The notes beneath the pieces were generated by a model. It was not told the DNA's origin. It did not search any database and saw only the letters and a list, made by a program, of their open reading frames with translations. Positions 24,601 to 36,727 of a stretch of DNA of 64,000 nt are shown here, one piece after another. This DNA comes from Podarcis tiliguerta (Eukaryota). Position 1 is the first letter of the stretch. Every line of letters starts with the position of its first letter. Both the position numbers and the translations under genes were made by a program. Location of the stretch: NCBI GenBank assembly GCA_965153285.1, contig OZ229113.1; one strand, 5' to 3'.

Positions 24601-27600
24601 GCACTGTGCAATTTTGCTACATGTTGGAAGTGTTGGGAATTGGGAAGAGGCTGTATTAGTTATATTTGATCCTCTAAAGACCCATGTGTGGGTTAACAAC
24701 AAAGGAAAATCAAGTGCTGCCAGTTTTAAAAATGTGGGGCTAGTACACAGAGAGCCCCAGAAGCAGAGCATTTTGTCCCGCTCTTAGGCAGTTTGATGAT
24801 ATATAGGAGTAGGCTATTAAGCCTTATTTATTTCATTCAGCTGTGTGAAGCAGCTGCCCCTCTTTTACGCCTTTTCCAATAAATCAGACCACAGGCTGCA
24901 AAAGAAGTTTAAAACGGATTACTTACGGTTCCTAGGTCTCAAACAGTCATTTTCCTTGATGCAGCAGCAGAATGCGGGTTAAATACTTAAGAAGAAATAC
25001 AGCAAAGCAGCATCAGACAAGTATCTGAGGTTGGGAGCTAAGTTGAGGCACGCCTGCTTCCATTGCTTGCAGCATGAATGAAGGACTGGAGAATGGAACA
25101 GGAAACAGACTTTACTTCCTCCCTCTTAGGAGAAGAGGCTGCAGGACCTCACTGAGCCTACTCTAGCAATTTAGAACTCAGTGGTCTTTAACCCCTCCAT
25201 ATACTAACTAGAAAATATACATTGTTAGATCTGACTGCTAAAATCTCCCACAGAAAGAGAGCATTGTCACAAGCTGGGGACTGCATTTTAGGGAGGAAAA
25301 CTCACACACAACTGCCACCACTGGAGTTTTTAGAGGCAATCCAGGCACCTCAGTTTGCAGACTAGAACAAAGTGTAGGCTGGGAAGATATTTGCAGTGTC
25401 TGATTAATCACAATAGACACAACTTTGGTATTTTTTTAACAAAGTAAAGAGAGTAATGCAGAGAGAAAATAAAGTATGATCTACCTAACTTCTCAGTTTA
25501 CCTGAGCCAGGAGACAGATGTTCGTGTGTGGGGGGGGGGGGAATTAAACCAGAGAGAGAAAGGCTGACACATCTGACCAGTATTGGAGGAAGGCTTTCTT
25601 CCTCACATAGTCCCTTGAGGATGCTTCCTCCAGCTGAACAAAAGAACTTCACATGATGCATCTTCATGAAAGAGGAAAGGAAGAGGTGAACAACTTCTCT
25701 TCATTTATAGAGAAACATTTTCCCGGGAATAGTATGTGAAGGTATAAGAAATCTACAGAAGAAATAAGATAAGCCTATGAAACATTTTTGGCTATCATCT
25801 GTGGTCACAGGAGAGCAAACCTGAGTGAGCTATGCAGGAGATGAGGGAAAACACCCTAGGAAAATACAAGTGTATTACAGATTTCAGCCAAAAAAATGGG
25901 AAAGGTGTGAAATTCTAAAGCATGCAGGTTGAAGGCTCATCTGCTGAGATGAATGTCAAAAGGATAATTTGCTTCTCTCCCTTCTCCCTGAAAACAAAAC
26001 ACTTTAACCAAATTTTACAGCTGAAACGGGTGTGTGTGTGTGTGTTTGAGGACTTAGTATGTACATGCCAGGAGTATGCATCGACTCTGTGCACATTCCA
26101 AATAAGAAAGTAAATTGGGATAATTCAGGGGAGTCTTTCACATTACTGTGTCAGATTGCACAATTCATGAGGTGCATCAAGACAGGTCAGAGAGTGTTCA
26201 GACTTTGCCAGGCACTCTTTGCCTTGGTTTTTCCGTAAAGCTAAATGCCCCCTCCCCTCCCCTCCTCTCTGAAATGACGCTAAGGTGACTGGGGAAATAT
26301 TCGGAGCTCAAGATGGGAGAGGTGGAGAAGTTAACGTATATGTTGTTTTGATGGAGAGCTCTAGCTTATTATCTTAGTAAATAATTTCCGCAGCACCTTT
26401 CAATCTAGGAGAGGGATGCTGAAAGATACATGTGGCTCACCCTTGAGATTTGACTGTGATTCTGCCCTTGTGGTAGAACTTCTTCATCCCATAGGATGAC
26501 CGTGCCTGCAATTTGAATCTGATTACAACAGAAAATTAACAAGTTTTAGACCTTTTCCTTTCAAACAGAAACTTTAAATGTTCCTTGTTTTCCCCCCAAA
26601 AAAACACACTTCAGAATATTATAGGCGATGGTATACAGGATTGCAATAGCTTGGGTGAGAGGTAACAGGTACCCTGATTGCTGTGAAAAATGCATTCTGG
26701 TAAAGCAAATTCACGATTGAATTGAACTCAGGGAAAGCTTACTTGCTAGTTAACCAGCTTGCGTTTAACATTTATCTGTGTGAAATGTCACACAGTGACA
26801 GAATTCTATGAGACTTCAATTTCTTGATTGCAGAGGGCAACTTGACATCTGGGCTGGAACAGAAAAGGCAGCAGATCGAATCTGTACTAGCGGCAATGCT
26901 GGGCCGATAGTTCCACATATTAGAATTCCCATCCGCCAAAGAAAAGAGAAGAAAAACCTTTCTACAGTCTTTTAATGATAGTATTGATAGAGTTAAAAAA
27001 TTGCCGCTGAAGTGCAGCCTTTGGGCCGAGCGTCTGAATGCCAATTCAGCCATGGAATTGATACCTTTCTTCTTTCACACAACACATCTTTCTCATTTTT
27101 GTTTTACAAAATGAGGTTATTTTCAAGATGCTGCTATTTAGAGCTGTAAGAAGTTTCTGTTACCCTGATCTTGGCATGTACTGAATTTCCAAGAATCATT
27201 TCACACTTAGTAGAGCTGCCTCCTGGTATAAAACACAGCTGCTGACTCTTTGCTTATTGTTAAGGATTGGAAAAGGTCAATAGCTGACTTTACACATATC
27301 CCCAATGTGTGTGTGATATGTGTGCAAGAGTTTTTAATGTTATTAGTTCCACTTACAAATGAACTATATCTTGGACTGTTTTTCTCACTTCAGATTTATA
27401 CTTATTTTTAAAGTGCTATCCTGCATTTAGTTTTCTTAAGAAAAAGAAGATGATAACATTTCATCTTTCAAAATGTAGGACTAGAAGTACAGTTAGAAAT
27501 AGTTAACCACTTATTTCTATGCATCCTACCCTACCTAAAGATTTCAGACTGGATAACAATACAGGGGTTCAAAAATTAAATTCAACATGTGTACAATCTG

Positions 27601-28348
27601 TGTACATGGATAGTTGAATTGTATATTCATACAGTTATCTACAGGTAACATTCCATGTCTGCACAGTCTGTGTGCCTGTGTGCACAATTGCTGAGCTTCA
27701 CAAAGTAATGCATGTACACCATTTCACACAAACAACCACGCATGTGTGAACACAGCTTGTACCTGTGTTCAGTGTAATGTGTGAACAAGCTCTTCTCCAC
27801 GGTTTCTATTCGCCAATGGAAAAGTCCATAAAACTGAGTCGCAGTACCAATTATTATCTTCTATATTCCTGAAGAGATGACAGAGCAATTCAGATTGATA
27901 TGTTAAATTTTGGGAAGAAATGTTTTCCAACTCCCTGGGAATATCAGCTTTATATCAACCTTGTGCCAAGAATGAATTTGTCAAGTGATAAGCCAGATAG
28001 CCAATCAGAGTGGCAGTCCTTTGGTCTCAAAGGTGACAAAGCACAATTAACAGCATATCCTCAGTTTAAAACTGCAGTTGCTCTGTTTGCTCTCATCCTC
28101 CAATTGAGGAAGCCAGAGATATTTAGAAAATTATGAAACCCATTATGCCATAATTTCTCTGCCAGCAGGTCTCCGGTTTCCCCGATAAGAGCTAAGCAAA
28201 TGAATTACATAGCCTGATCGACATTTTCTGTAAGTATATCTAGAGGATATTAGGCTATCATGTAACCAGAGCATCTAGACTGTGTATGATAGTGACAGCA
28301 CTGGAGAAAGATTTGAGAGGGAAAATAAGTGCAAATTGAGTGGAGAAT

Positions 28349-28564
28349 GGATGTAGCTCAGTGGTAGAGCATCTGCTTTTCTTGAAGAAGGATCCAGGTT
28401 CAGTCCCCAGCATCTCCAAGTAGGGCTTGAAATGTCGCATGAAACCCTGACAAGCAGGGCTTGAAATGTCCCATGAAACCCTGGACAGACTCTGCCAGTC
28501 AGTGCAGACAATACTGAGCTGGGTCAATGGTGTGACTAAACGCAAGGCAGCTTCCTGTGTTCCT
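28349..28564 (+). mobile_element. tRNA-derived SINE with CR1-like 3' end
   Basis: tagctcagtggtagagc A box, ggttcagtccc B box, tail ggcagcttcctgtgttcct. Internal 34-bp tandem duplication at 28422-28483. Confidence 0.85.
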
Positions 28565-28610
28565 AGAGTCAGGTGTTCCTCCTCCTTTTTTCCTTAGAAT
28601 AAGGGACATA

Positions 28611-28990
28611 AAAAGGTATGGTAAAGGACCCCTGGACGGTTAAGAGCAGTCAAAGGCGACTATGAAGTTGTGGCGCTCATTTCGCTTTCAGGACGAGGGA
28701 ACCAGCGTTTGTCCACAGACAACTTTTTGAGTCATGGCCAGCATGACTAAACTGCTTCTGGCACAATGGGACACTGACAGAAACCAGAGTGCATGGAAAC
28801 ACCGTTTACCTTCCCGCCGCAGCTGTACCTATTTATCTACTTGCACTAATGTGATTTTGAACTGCTAGGTTGGCAGGAGCTGGGACAGAGCAATGGGAGT
28901 TCACCCCGTCATGAGGATTTGAACCGCCGACCTTCTGATCGACAAGCCCAAGAGGCTCAGTGGTTCAGACCACAGTGCCACCTGCATCGG
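28611..28990 (-). mobile_element. Sauria SINE (Squam1), full length
   Basis: Aligns with 13152 and 35556. Perfect 11-bp TSD taagggacata. Confidence 0.95.
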
Positions 28991-29003
28991 TAAGGGACAT
29001 ACC

Positions 29004-29408
29004 TAGGGATGGAGGATTAATCTGATTCACTTTGATTTTAAATGTGAACCTCCCTAATTCATACTTTCTGTAACAGCATGAGAACCTAAAGAGAGCCATC
29101 TTTCAAAACCCACACACCTCCAAATTTTGCAAACTTGGTACATCAGCCAAGTAATGTGTCCAAAAGTGCTGTCGTAATGTATGCCTGTAAAGAACAGTAC
29201 AGTACACATGGAAATGCATATTAGGCTTTGCAAAAAAATGTGCATATGAAACAGAAGTGCATACCAATGCCTGTAGGCTAGGAAAAATGTGCAGCAACAT
29301 TCCAACAAATTATTGTGGGGATTGATGTGAAAATGTAGAGTAATGAACTCAAGATTTGAAAAATGAGAAATTGAGGTAAACACAGTTGGGAAAATACACT
29401 CATCCCTA
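29004..29408. mobile_element. Old non-autonomous DNA transposon (hAT-like)
   Basis: Terminal inverted TAGGGATG / CATCCCTA and an AT-rich interior shared with other copies in the window. Confidence 0.6.
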
Positions 29409-29591
29409 GCCATGGCTTAGTGCCAAGACACCTGCTTTTCATACGTAATGTCTTAGGTTCAAGCCTCAGCATCTCCAAATAGTGCCCAAAGCTCCCCTGT
29501 CAAAGCTCTGGAGAATGCTGCCAGTCAGGGTAGATAACACTGAGTGAGATAGACCAATGATCTGACTTAGTATAAGGCAGCTTTCTATGTT
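29409..29591 (+). mobile_element. tRNA-derived SINE with CR1-like 3' end
   Basis: Homologous to 28349, ending tctgacttagtataaggcagctttctatgtt. Confidence 0.8.
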
Positions 29592-29647
29592 TTTTATTTT
29601 ATTTTATTGTATTTGCATCCCTCCCACCCCATGGAAAACACGATTCT

Positions 29648-29787
29648 CATCCCCACAACAACCCTGTGAGGTAGGTTAGGTAGTGGCTGGCCCAAGTTCA
29701 GTTCTCAGTGAGCTTCAGGACTGAGTAGGAATTTGAACCCTGGTCTTCCAGGTCCTACTCCAACACTCTAACTACTACACCACTGGC
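29648..29787 (-). mobile_element. Older tRNA SINE (Squam3A/MIR-like)
   Basis: acaacaaccctgtgaggtagg core, and tRNA head reverse complement ggaatttgaaccc...actacaccactggc. Confidence 0.75.
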
Positions 29788-30719
29788 CTTCAACTGGTGG
29801 TCCAGGTCTGAAAGGATTGAAGATGGCTGAACTGCACCATACTAGTCCCTATGGGGAACAAATTCCATCTTGCATATGAAGTGTTAGGAAAGGAGTACTT
29901 TGCAGTAGAAGGCCAAGTCATTTATCAGAGGAGACACCTGGCCACTCCTTACCCTCCTATACTGTCAGCTGTGGTGTTTCAGTACAATAAAATTCAACCC
30001 CGTTGCCATACGTTTGTCATCTACGTTTTCTAAAGCTTTAGTTCAATCCATGTATGTAAGAACTGTAATAAAAAAGTCTCTTCCCTAAAACACCATCATT
30101 GAGTTAGTACTGCTGACAGAGATAGTGTGAAAAATAATTGCCACCATATTAAAGTGGCAAAAGAGAGAGAGAGAAAATAATTAAGCTTATAATGCATGCA
30201 GCTCTTTTCCTAAGCTCATAAAGTTCTTCATGTACATTAGTTTAATAATCCTTATGTCAGCAATGGGAAACCAACTCCCATCAGCCCCAGCCATGATGGC
30301 CAATGTTCAGGGATAAAGGTAGCATCTGGAGGGCCACAGGTCCCCTTCCCTGTCCTATGATAATCTTGCCTTTATTATCCTGTTGATACAGAAACGGAGT
30401 ACGGCTAAAGGAATACATTGTTCAGGTCTGCCTAGTAAGTTCCTGGCTCATCACACATGGCTACCAGTTTCCAGATTCTGGTTGATCTCAGACTTCCACC
30501 CAAGGCCCAGCCCTAGCCAGAGGATGGGGGTTCATCCTTTCCTCCTGTGCTTTTACACATTTAAAACCCTACCCAGGAAAAGCAGGCTAGTAAATCCCAA
30601 TCTAGCCGAAGCTGTAGTGAAGCTAATATAGGGACCTGTGGTCTAATTTCAACAGAAGGTGCCCATGAGTCTAAATTATCTGAAAACGTATCAATTTTTC
30701 TTTGGCCACCATTCATTTT

Positions 30720-31061
30720 TATTCATTTTTTCATATTATGATATTGATATCCCACTTTCCTTCCACCAAGGAACCCAAGGCAGCATTCACATGATTCCCA
30801 GGCAGTCATCTGTCCAGATATGGCACTTGGTGGAAAGCAGTGGCCTCCCAGCAGCACCATCACTGCCATATTGGACAGGTCAGTGGTGGAGCTGGGCAAC
30901 AGGGAGGTCAGGGCTGTCCATGTGTGTGGACCAGAGTGCACAGCAGCAATGGTACTCAGTTCATGGCACCAGCCCTCCTTGTCGATTGCTCCTGGGTACT
31001 AGAGCAGACACAGGCCTGCTTAGCTTCAGCAAGGTAGTGGCTCTATGTGCCTTCAAACCAC
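30720..31061 (-). mobile_element. 5S rRNA-related (SINE3-like) SINE with ~170-bp internal insertion
   Basis: cctgcttagcttc and attcccaggcagtc match the reverse complement of 5S rRNA (GAAGCTAAGCAGG...GACCGCCTGGGAAT). The two parts are separated by unrelated sequence at ~30828-30995. Confidence 0.7.
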
Positions 31062-31460
31062 AGAGTTAGATCCATAGATGCAGCAAACTAAGTACTCCTG
31101 CCCATTCCTGTCATTTTCTGTTCATATCACCTTCATCCTTAAATATTCTGTTCTATCTTTTAAGTTACTGAAACATACATACTAATCATATCAGGTTATC
31201 CATTCAGTGGTTCAAAGGACCACATTTTCCTTGAGCTATCTCACAGACGAATGCTGTGCCTATGAATTACACCTTTTATAATGAGGGGCCTTGTTGAAGA
31301 CATACATTTAAGTCACACTCCTAAGAAAATGGTAAATGCATGCCATATTTTTAATGATCTCTGATTGTCACTCAAGTCAATGCAAGCAGCAGGTATGGCA
31401 AGAAAAAGAACAGGGCACAATCCTGCACAGAGCTATGTGTGCTTAACCCCACTGATATCA

Positions 31461-31636
31461 AGATGATGAAGATGAAGAAGAAGAAGAGGAGGAGGAGGAG
31501 TTTGGACTTTATATCCTGCCTTTCACTCCCCTTAAGGAGTCTCAAAGCGGCTAACCATCTCATTTCCCTTTCTCCCCCACAACAAACACTCTTTGAGGTG
31601 AGTGAGGCTGAGAGACTTCAGAGAAGTGTGACTAGC
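31461..31636 (-). mobile_element. Squam3-like SINE, head missing; tail expanded into a GAT/GAA/GAG compound microsatellite
   Basis: Aligns with the 3' half of the other copies and stops at gtgactagc. Confidence 0.9.
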
Positions 31637-31777
31637 AGGAGTGTCCTGCAGCCAATAGGAAGCTACAGAAGCCGTGCCGGATGTTCGGCTTCCAAAAACC
31701 ATTCGAACACCAGAACACAACCATTCGGAAGCCGATCTGTTCGGGAGCCAAGGCATTTGAGATCCAAGGTACGACTG
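31637..31777. mobile_element. One end of a Tigger-like MITE
   Basis: Ends in caaggtacgactg+TA (TIR-like) with repeated ttcgg/ttcga motifs. The other TIR is absent. Confidence 0.75.
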
Positions 31778-33048
31778 TACAGGGCAACCAGAATAGGCCT
31801 TGCTATTTTGTGTGGCTCTGTTGGGTACTGTAGTTAGAAGACCACAGAAGGCAAGACTGGGCTAAAATGTGTGTGTGACAGGGAGAGAGTTGGGCAGTAG
31901 GGCGTGTGGATTTCATTAAGCCCCCCTGCCCAATAATTCAATCACTGTATGTTGGGTCAAGGCCCAGATAGCCTGAGAGATCTGTTTTGTGTACATGTCA
32001 ATAAGTATAAAAGACTGGACTGCCCTTTTTGGTTTCCAAGTCTTTCAGACAAATCACTCTGCTAATGGACTATGAAGTGCATGGATAACATTATCAATGA
32101 TGCAGGGCATGGTTGCGATACTGCCTTCGCATACATCCAGACCAATCTGGTAAATTACTTCCATTATCGTACTTAGATAGTATCCCATTTAAGATCAAGC
32201 TTTTGGGGAAATGTCACATCTTTAAAAGATAGATGTTTGTAGTTCAGTGTCGATGTTTGCTTAGTACTTACAGAAAGCAAACAGGAGACCCTATGGAATT
32301 TTTCTTACCTATTATTTTAAGTGGTTGCACTTGATGCATGAAGATTAGAACCCCAAAAGCTAAATGACTCAGTAGCAATAACTTCTTCCATTAATACAAT
32401 AAAGTGGCATCCACGAGACAGGGCTTTTATTTGCATCTAGCTTGTATCTCTGAACCCAAGTACTGTTTTCCCCAATATGTACAGAACCTTATTGCCCTTG
32501 CATTTAGTGAATTAGGAAAAGCAAGTTTTGTTTTGAAATCTCAAAAGGGAAACCCATTTCTGAAAATTAAATGTTGGGTTGGCAGCTCAACACAAGTATC
32601 TCAGAGAGGTGACCTATGGGTGAAATAAATGTGTGGAACAAAGGTCAGTCAGGACTGAGGGAGACATAGGATGACTCAACCCTGTCCTGCTCTTCTCCAT
32701 TATATACAGATCAGATATGGGTTCTCTGATCTAAAAGAAGGGTGATATTTAGCATTGCACAAGTGGGTGCAATGGAATTTCCCTTTCCTCTCATCCCTCC
32801 CTGCAACTGTCCATATTTATTTAGTATTTATTTGTTTCATAAAGTGTATACACCACTTGATCTGTTCTGTAAGTGGATAACACTATTGAATATTACCTCA
32901 AATCGATAGCTATTCAGTTAGGAAGTAGCCACATCCCTTGCCTGTTTCCACGAGTTCTGGACAGTTCAGGTGTTTGATCCATCAAAAAAAAGGGGGGGCA
33001 TAAGAAATCCCTGCTGGGTAATGACTAATATAGTCTTGTTATCACAGT

Positions 33049-33172
33049 GGCCCTCCCAGTTTGGTGTCATCTGCAAATTTGATGAGCACCCCCTCAGTAC
33101 CTTTATCCAAGTCATTTATAAAGATGTTGAACAACAACAGGCCCAGGAGAGAACCCTGTGGCACTCCACTTA
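33049..33172 (-). mobile_element. CR1 LINE reverse-transcriptase core fragment
   Basis: Minus strand translates to [40 protein letters not shown] (PQG and FADD motifs). Confidence 0.93.
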
Positions 33173-35332
33173 TCACAGGATGTTGAGGAACATATTTCAT
33201 TTTGTACACTGCCTTGCGACTTTACAATAAAGGTAGGCCTACAAACGTGTTAATAAATAAATAAATACAAATATGAAGCATTTCAATTTCTTGCTATGGG
33301 TCCCTTTTTCCTATTGGCCCATCATTATAGAACTTTTTCATTTCTGAATATTTGACATGACAACTCCTGCATTATTTTAATGCACTAGCTTTGTCAAAAT
33401 AAACCACATCAATGAACTGCATCTTCCTCTTTTGATCCTTGAGCGTCAGACAGACCAGGTATTGAAAGGTTCATGAGTTGTCAGAATCTGGGGGAATCTG
33501 CATTAACCATTATTAACTACTGAAAGACCAAAAGCTTTTGTACAAATGGAGAAAGGGTATTTTAAAGAAGCAGCACCACCTAAAACTTATGTCTAAGGAC
33601 AGGCATTCAACAGCAGGATCTGGATTAATAGGGTGTGGCTGCTGAGGAGGTATGGCTGACGGAAGGTCTTACAAGGGCTGGAGGGCCACACTTGAACCCT
33701 TGGTCTGTGGTTCACCATCCCTGGTTTATTGTAAGTTGTCTTGAAAGTGTTTGCTGTCGAGGGCAGCATAGCATGCTTTAAATAGATAAACATAGATGAA
33801 TACACCACCTGTGGTGTCCACAAACCTCAGTGGGAATTGACGTCTTATGGAATGCTTTATAGAAGACTGCAGAAAGTCCAGTGCTGCCAGGAGCTGAGTA
33901 TTGCTGCTGACCAAAGAGAGCCAGACATTTCTAGTATTTTTTCCTTAGGTGCAGACTTTGTTTTTCCCCTCTTCTGAGTCGGGTGCAATGGATGTTAATG
34001 AAAATGAGGATTCACAAAAATGTTGGTCCGCTCTCACTATTGGGCAATAGCCCAAATCCTGGGCAATCGTTGACTTTTTTCTGCCTACTTGGAAAAATGG
34101 CTAAGTGGCAGTAGTTAAAAATTCAATTTTAGCTTCCAGCAGCAGCAACAACACCACATAGTAATCCTTTCCTTGGTGTTGTTCAGATAAGGACCCAAAG
34201 TTCAGGTTACATAATGTGAGAAGCTTATCGAAATCTCTTGAGTCTGCATAATTGGGCTTGAAATCATCCAAGAGCAAGTTTTCTCCCTGACTGTACATAA
34301 CTTATATCTCATACGCTGCTGCCATTTTCAAAGTGTTCATATCCAATGGCCCTGACTAAATCAGCAACACATGCAGCCATACAGAACATGTGGTTCATTC
34401 AAATATACCAGTGCTGCTATTTTGTAAATGGCATCACTGTTGTCTAAGGATGGAGTTAAGATTTGAGATTCAATATAACCTTTCATGCTTCTTGCTTCAG
34501 ACAATACCTCTTGGAGTTCTGCATGGCAGGGAATGCCAAGTTCCAGGCGGATGATTTTAATCAGCTGATCAATGTGATAATCAAACCTCCGGTTTGAATT
34601 TATCTAAACACCAGAGCAACAACGGCTATCTATCCCCTCCAAATCCCAAAAACCTGGTGCTTTTGCTTTACAGTCTCCTGCTGTTTTGTGAATAAAAAAA
34701 GCCAGTTTTATTCTTCCCTGGTTCATCTTAAAAGAAACTGTAGTTAGTTCTCACTAATGATGGAACCATTAAAAGCGCTTAACTTTAATCCATTACACAT
34801 GAACCGGCAAAGAACAACTATAAACTATAAGGCTGTGTTAATGAAGTTCGTATTTCGGGGGAAAGAGGAAGGTTTAGGAGAAAAATACATCTTCAGCAGA
34901 GCCATAGTGCAATTTCCCCAAATTCCAAAGATAATTCAAAATTGGCCGGGCACCACTTTCCTCAGATCTGTGCTCACAGTGGTTCCTGTGGGTGATCCGT
35001 TCTCACAGCCCTCCTACTGCTGATCTCTCTCCTGATGATACTTTCCTGTTGCCTCCATTGTGGCTGCAATCATTCCTAGTGCTTCTGTAAAAACTGTTGG
35101 GTGTTCCTCAGCAGCTAGTTCCATCCAGCATGCATTATACAGCATGATGCTTAATGATGGGCTGCGTGCTGGTATCAGAGTGTAAGGATGGCACCCTCAC
35201 TTTAAAACAAAGAACAGCAGGTATATAGAAAAGACATTGTGTGGGTGGGTGGGAGGGTGAAGTGGTGAGAGCTATTTTAGCACAGCTTTGATCAATTTTT
35301 GCTATCAGTACCAGGGCATGGTCTGAGTAAGC

Positions 35333-35372
35333 AGGTCTGAATCTGGTCAGTCCTGGATTGGGAGATGGCCTT
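35333..35372 (+). mobile_element. Short 5S-related SINE fragment
   Basis: taagcaggtctgaatctggtcagtcctggattgggagatggcc resembles the 5S internal control region and the 17995 element. Confidence 0.45.
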
Positions 35373-35555
35373 TGTGTTGCCAAATGTAAATTTTTGAACA
35401 GTTATGTAATTTTTTTAAGTATTTCCCCTCCCTAACAAATATTACATCTTGTAGTTATATAATTTGTGTAGCAATATTAATTAATACAGATATGTATATC
35501 TATCTATATATGTTTTTGTGTGTGTGCTATAGTAATAACATTATTATTATTATTA

Positions 35556-35929
35556 GGGATGCGGGTGGTGCTGTGGTCTAAGCCATGGAGCCTCTTGGGC
35601 TTGCCAGTCAGAGGGTTGGCGGTTCGAATCCGCACAATGGGGTGAGCTCCCATTGCTCGGTCCCAGCTCCTGCCTACGAGCAGTTCGAAAGCAAGCCAGT
35701 GCAACTAGATAAATAGGTACCACTGTGGCGGGAAGGTAAACAGTGTGTCCATGCTCTCCGGTTTCTATCACGGTGTTCCATTGCACCAGGAATGGTTTAA
35801 TCATGCTGGCCACATGACCCAGAAAGCTGTCTGTGGGCAAACGCCTGAAAACAAGATGAGCGCCGCAACCCCATAGTCACCTTTGACTGGACTTAACCAT
35901 CCAGGAGTCCTTTACCTTTTTTTACCTTT
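35556..35929 (+). mobile_element. Sauria SINE (Squam1), inserted in an (ATT)n tract
   Basis: Head gggatgcgggtggtgctgtgg, B box ggttcgaatcc, ACCTTT tail, and (ATT)n on both flanks as TSD. Confidence 0.95.
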
Positions 35930-36591
35930 ATTACTATTATTATTCAACAACATGTTAGCAAGTAGAAGACTATTTAATAGGAATTAAAGTAGATAAACAC
36001 TGTTAATAGACATAGATAATACAGATATAGATACAAGGTCACAGAGGTAGGTAAAAGGTAGCAGATCTAGTAAAACAGTAATATAGATAAGTGCTTAATG
36101 TGCTTTCATACTCATGAATGGCTGAATGACTTCAAAAGGCTTCACAGCCTGGTGGTCTGGGCTAATGCAGGTGTGGGAAGGGAATGCACATTCAGGCAGC
36201 CTCCCCCAGCATATTGGGAAGTTAATTGCTATTTCCGGTCAGTTGCGGCAGTTACAATTAGCTGTTTGATGTTAGACCTTCGACTTGAGTCAAAATGCTA
36301 ATGATAACATTTCAAGGACTGCTGTGCAATGCCATTTACAAAGCAGCTCTTTTAAAGAGCCCAAGGTGGCCACAGTCAAATGTTCCCCTTTCAGAGTTGC
36401 AAGTGCTTAGGGGAAACTACCCAAGTGAAACAAGTGGGGAGAGGAAGCAGCTTGCAAACATACCTCTAAACCTGGCCCAGTGATTGTTTTTCTTTACTCA
36501 GATGGGTTGCACTGAAGCTCATACTATTCCATTTGGAAATAAAATTAAAATCTTAGTATCTAACATGTTTTCAGAAACACCGACACTAGCC

Positions 36592-36727
36592 CAGGCATAG
36601 GCAAACTCGGCCCTCCAGGTGTTTTGGGACGACAACTCCCATCATCCCTAGCTAACATCCCCAGTGGTTAGGGATGATGGGAGTTGTCGTTCGAAAACAT
36701 CTGGAGGGCCGAGTTTGCCTGTGCCTG
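36592..36727. mobile_element. hAT (Charlie/MER5-like) palindromic MITE
   Basis: Near-complete palindrome with a perfect 8-bp TSD cactagcc. Confidence 0.95.

Noticed and set aside
30850-30925. REST/RE1 half-sites (cagcacc, ggacag, ctgtcc)
   Set aside because: Spacing and flanking bases do not fit the RE1 consensus.
34101-34298. 65-aa minus-strand ORF with protein-like composition
   Set aside because: No recognisable homology and no convincing splice sites.
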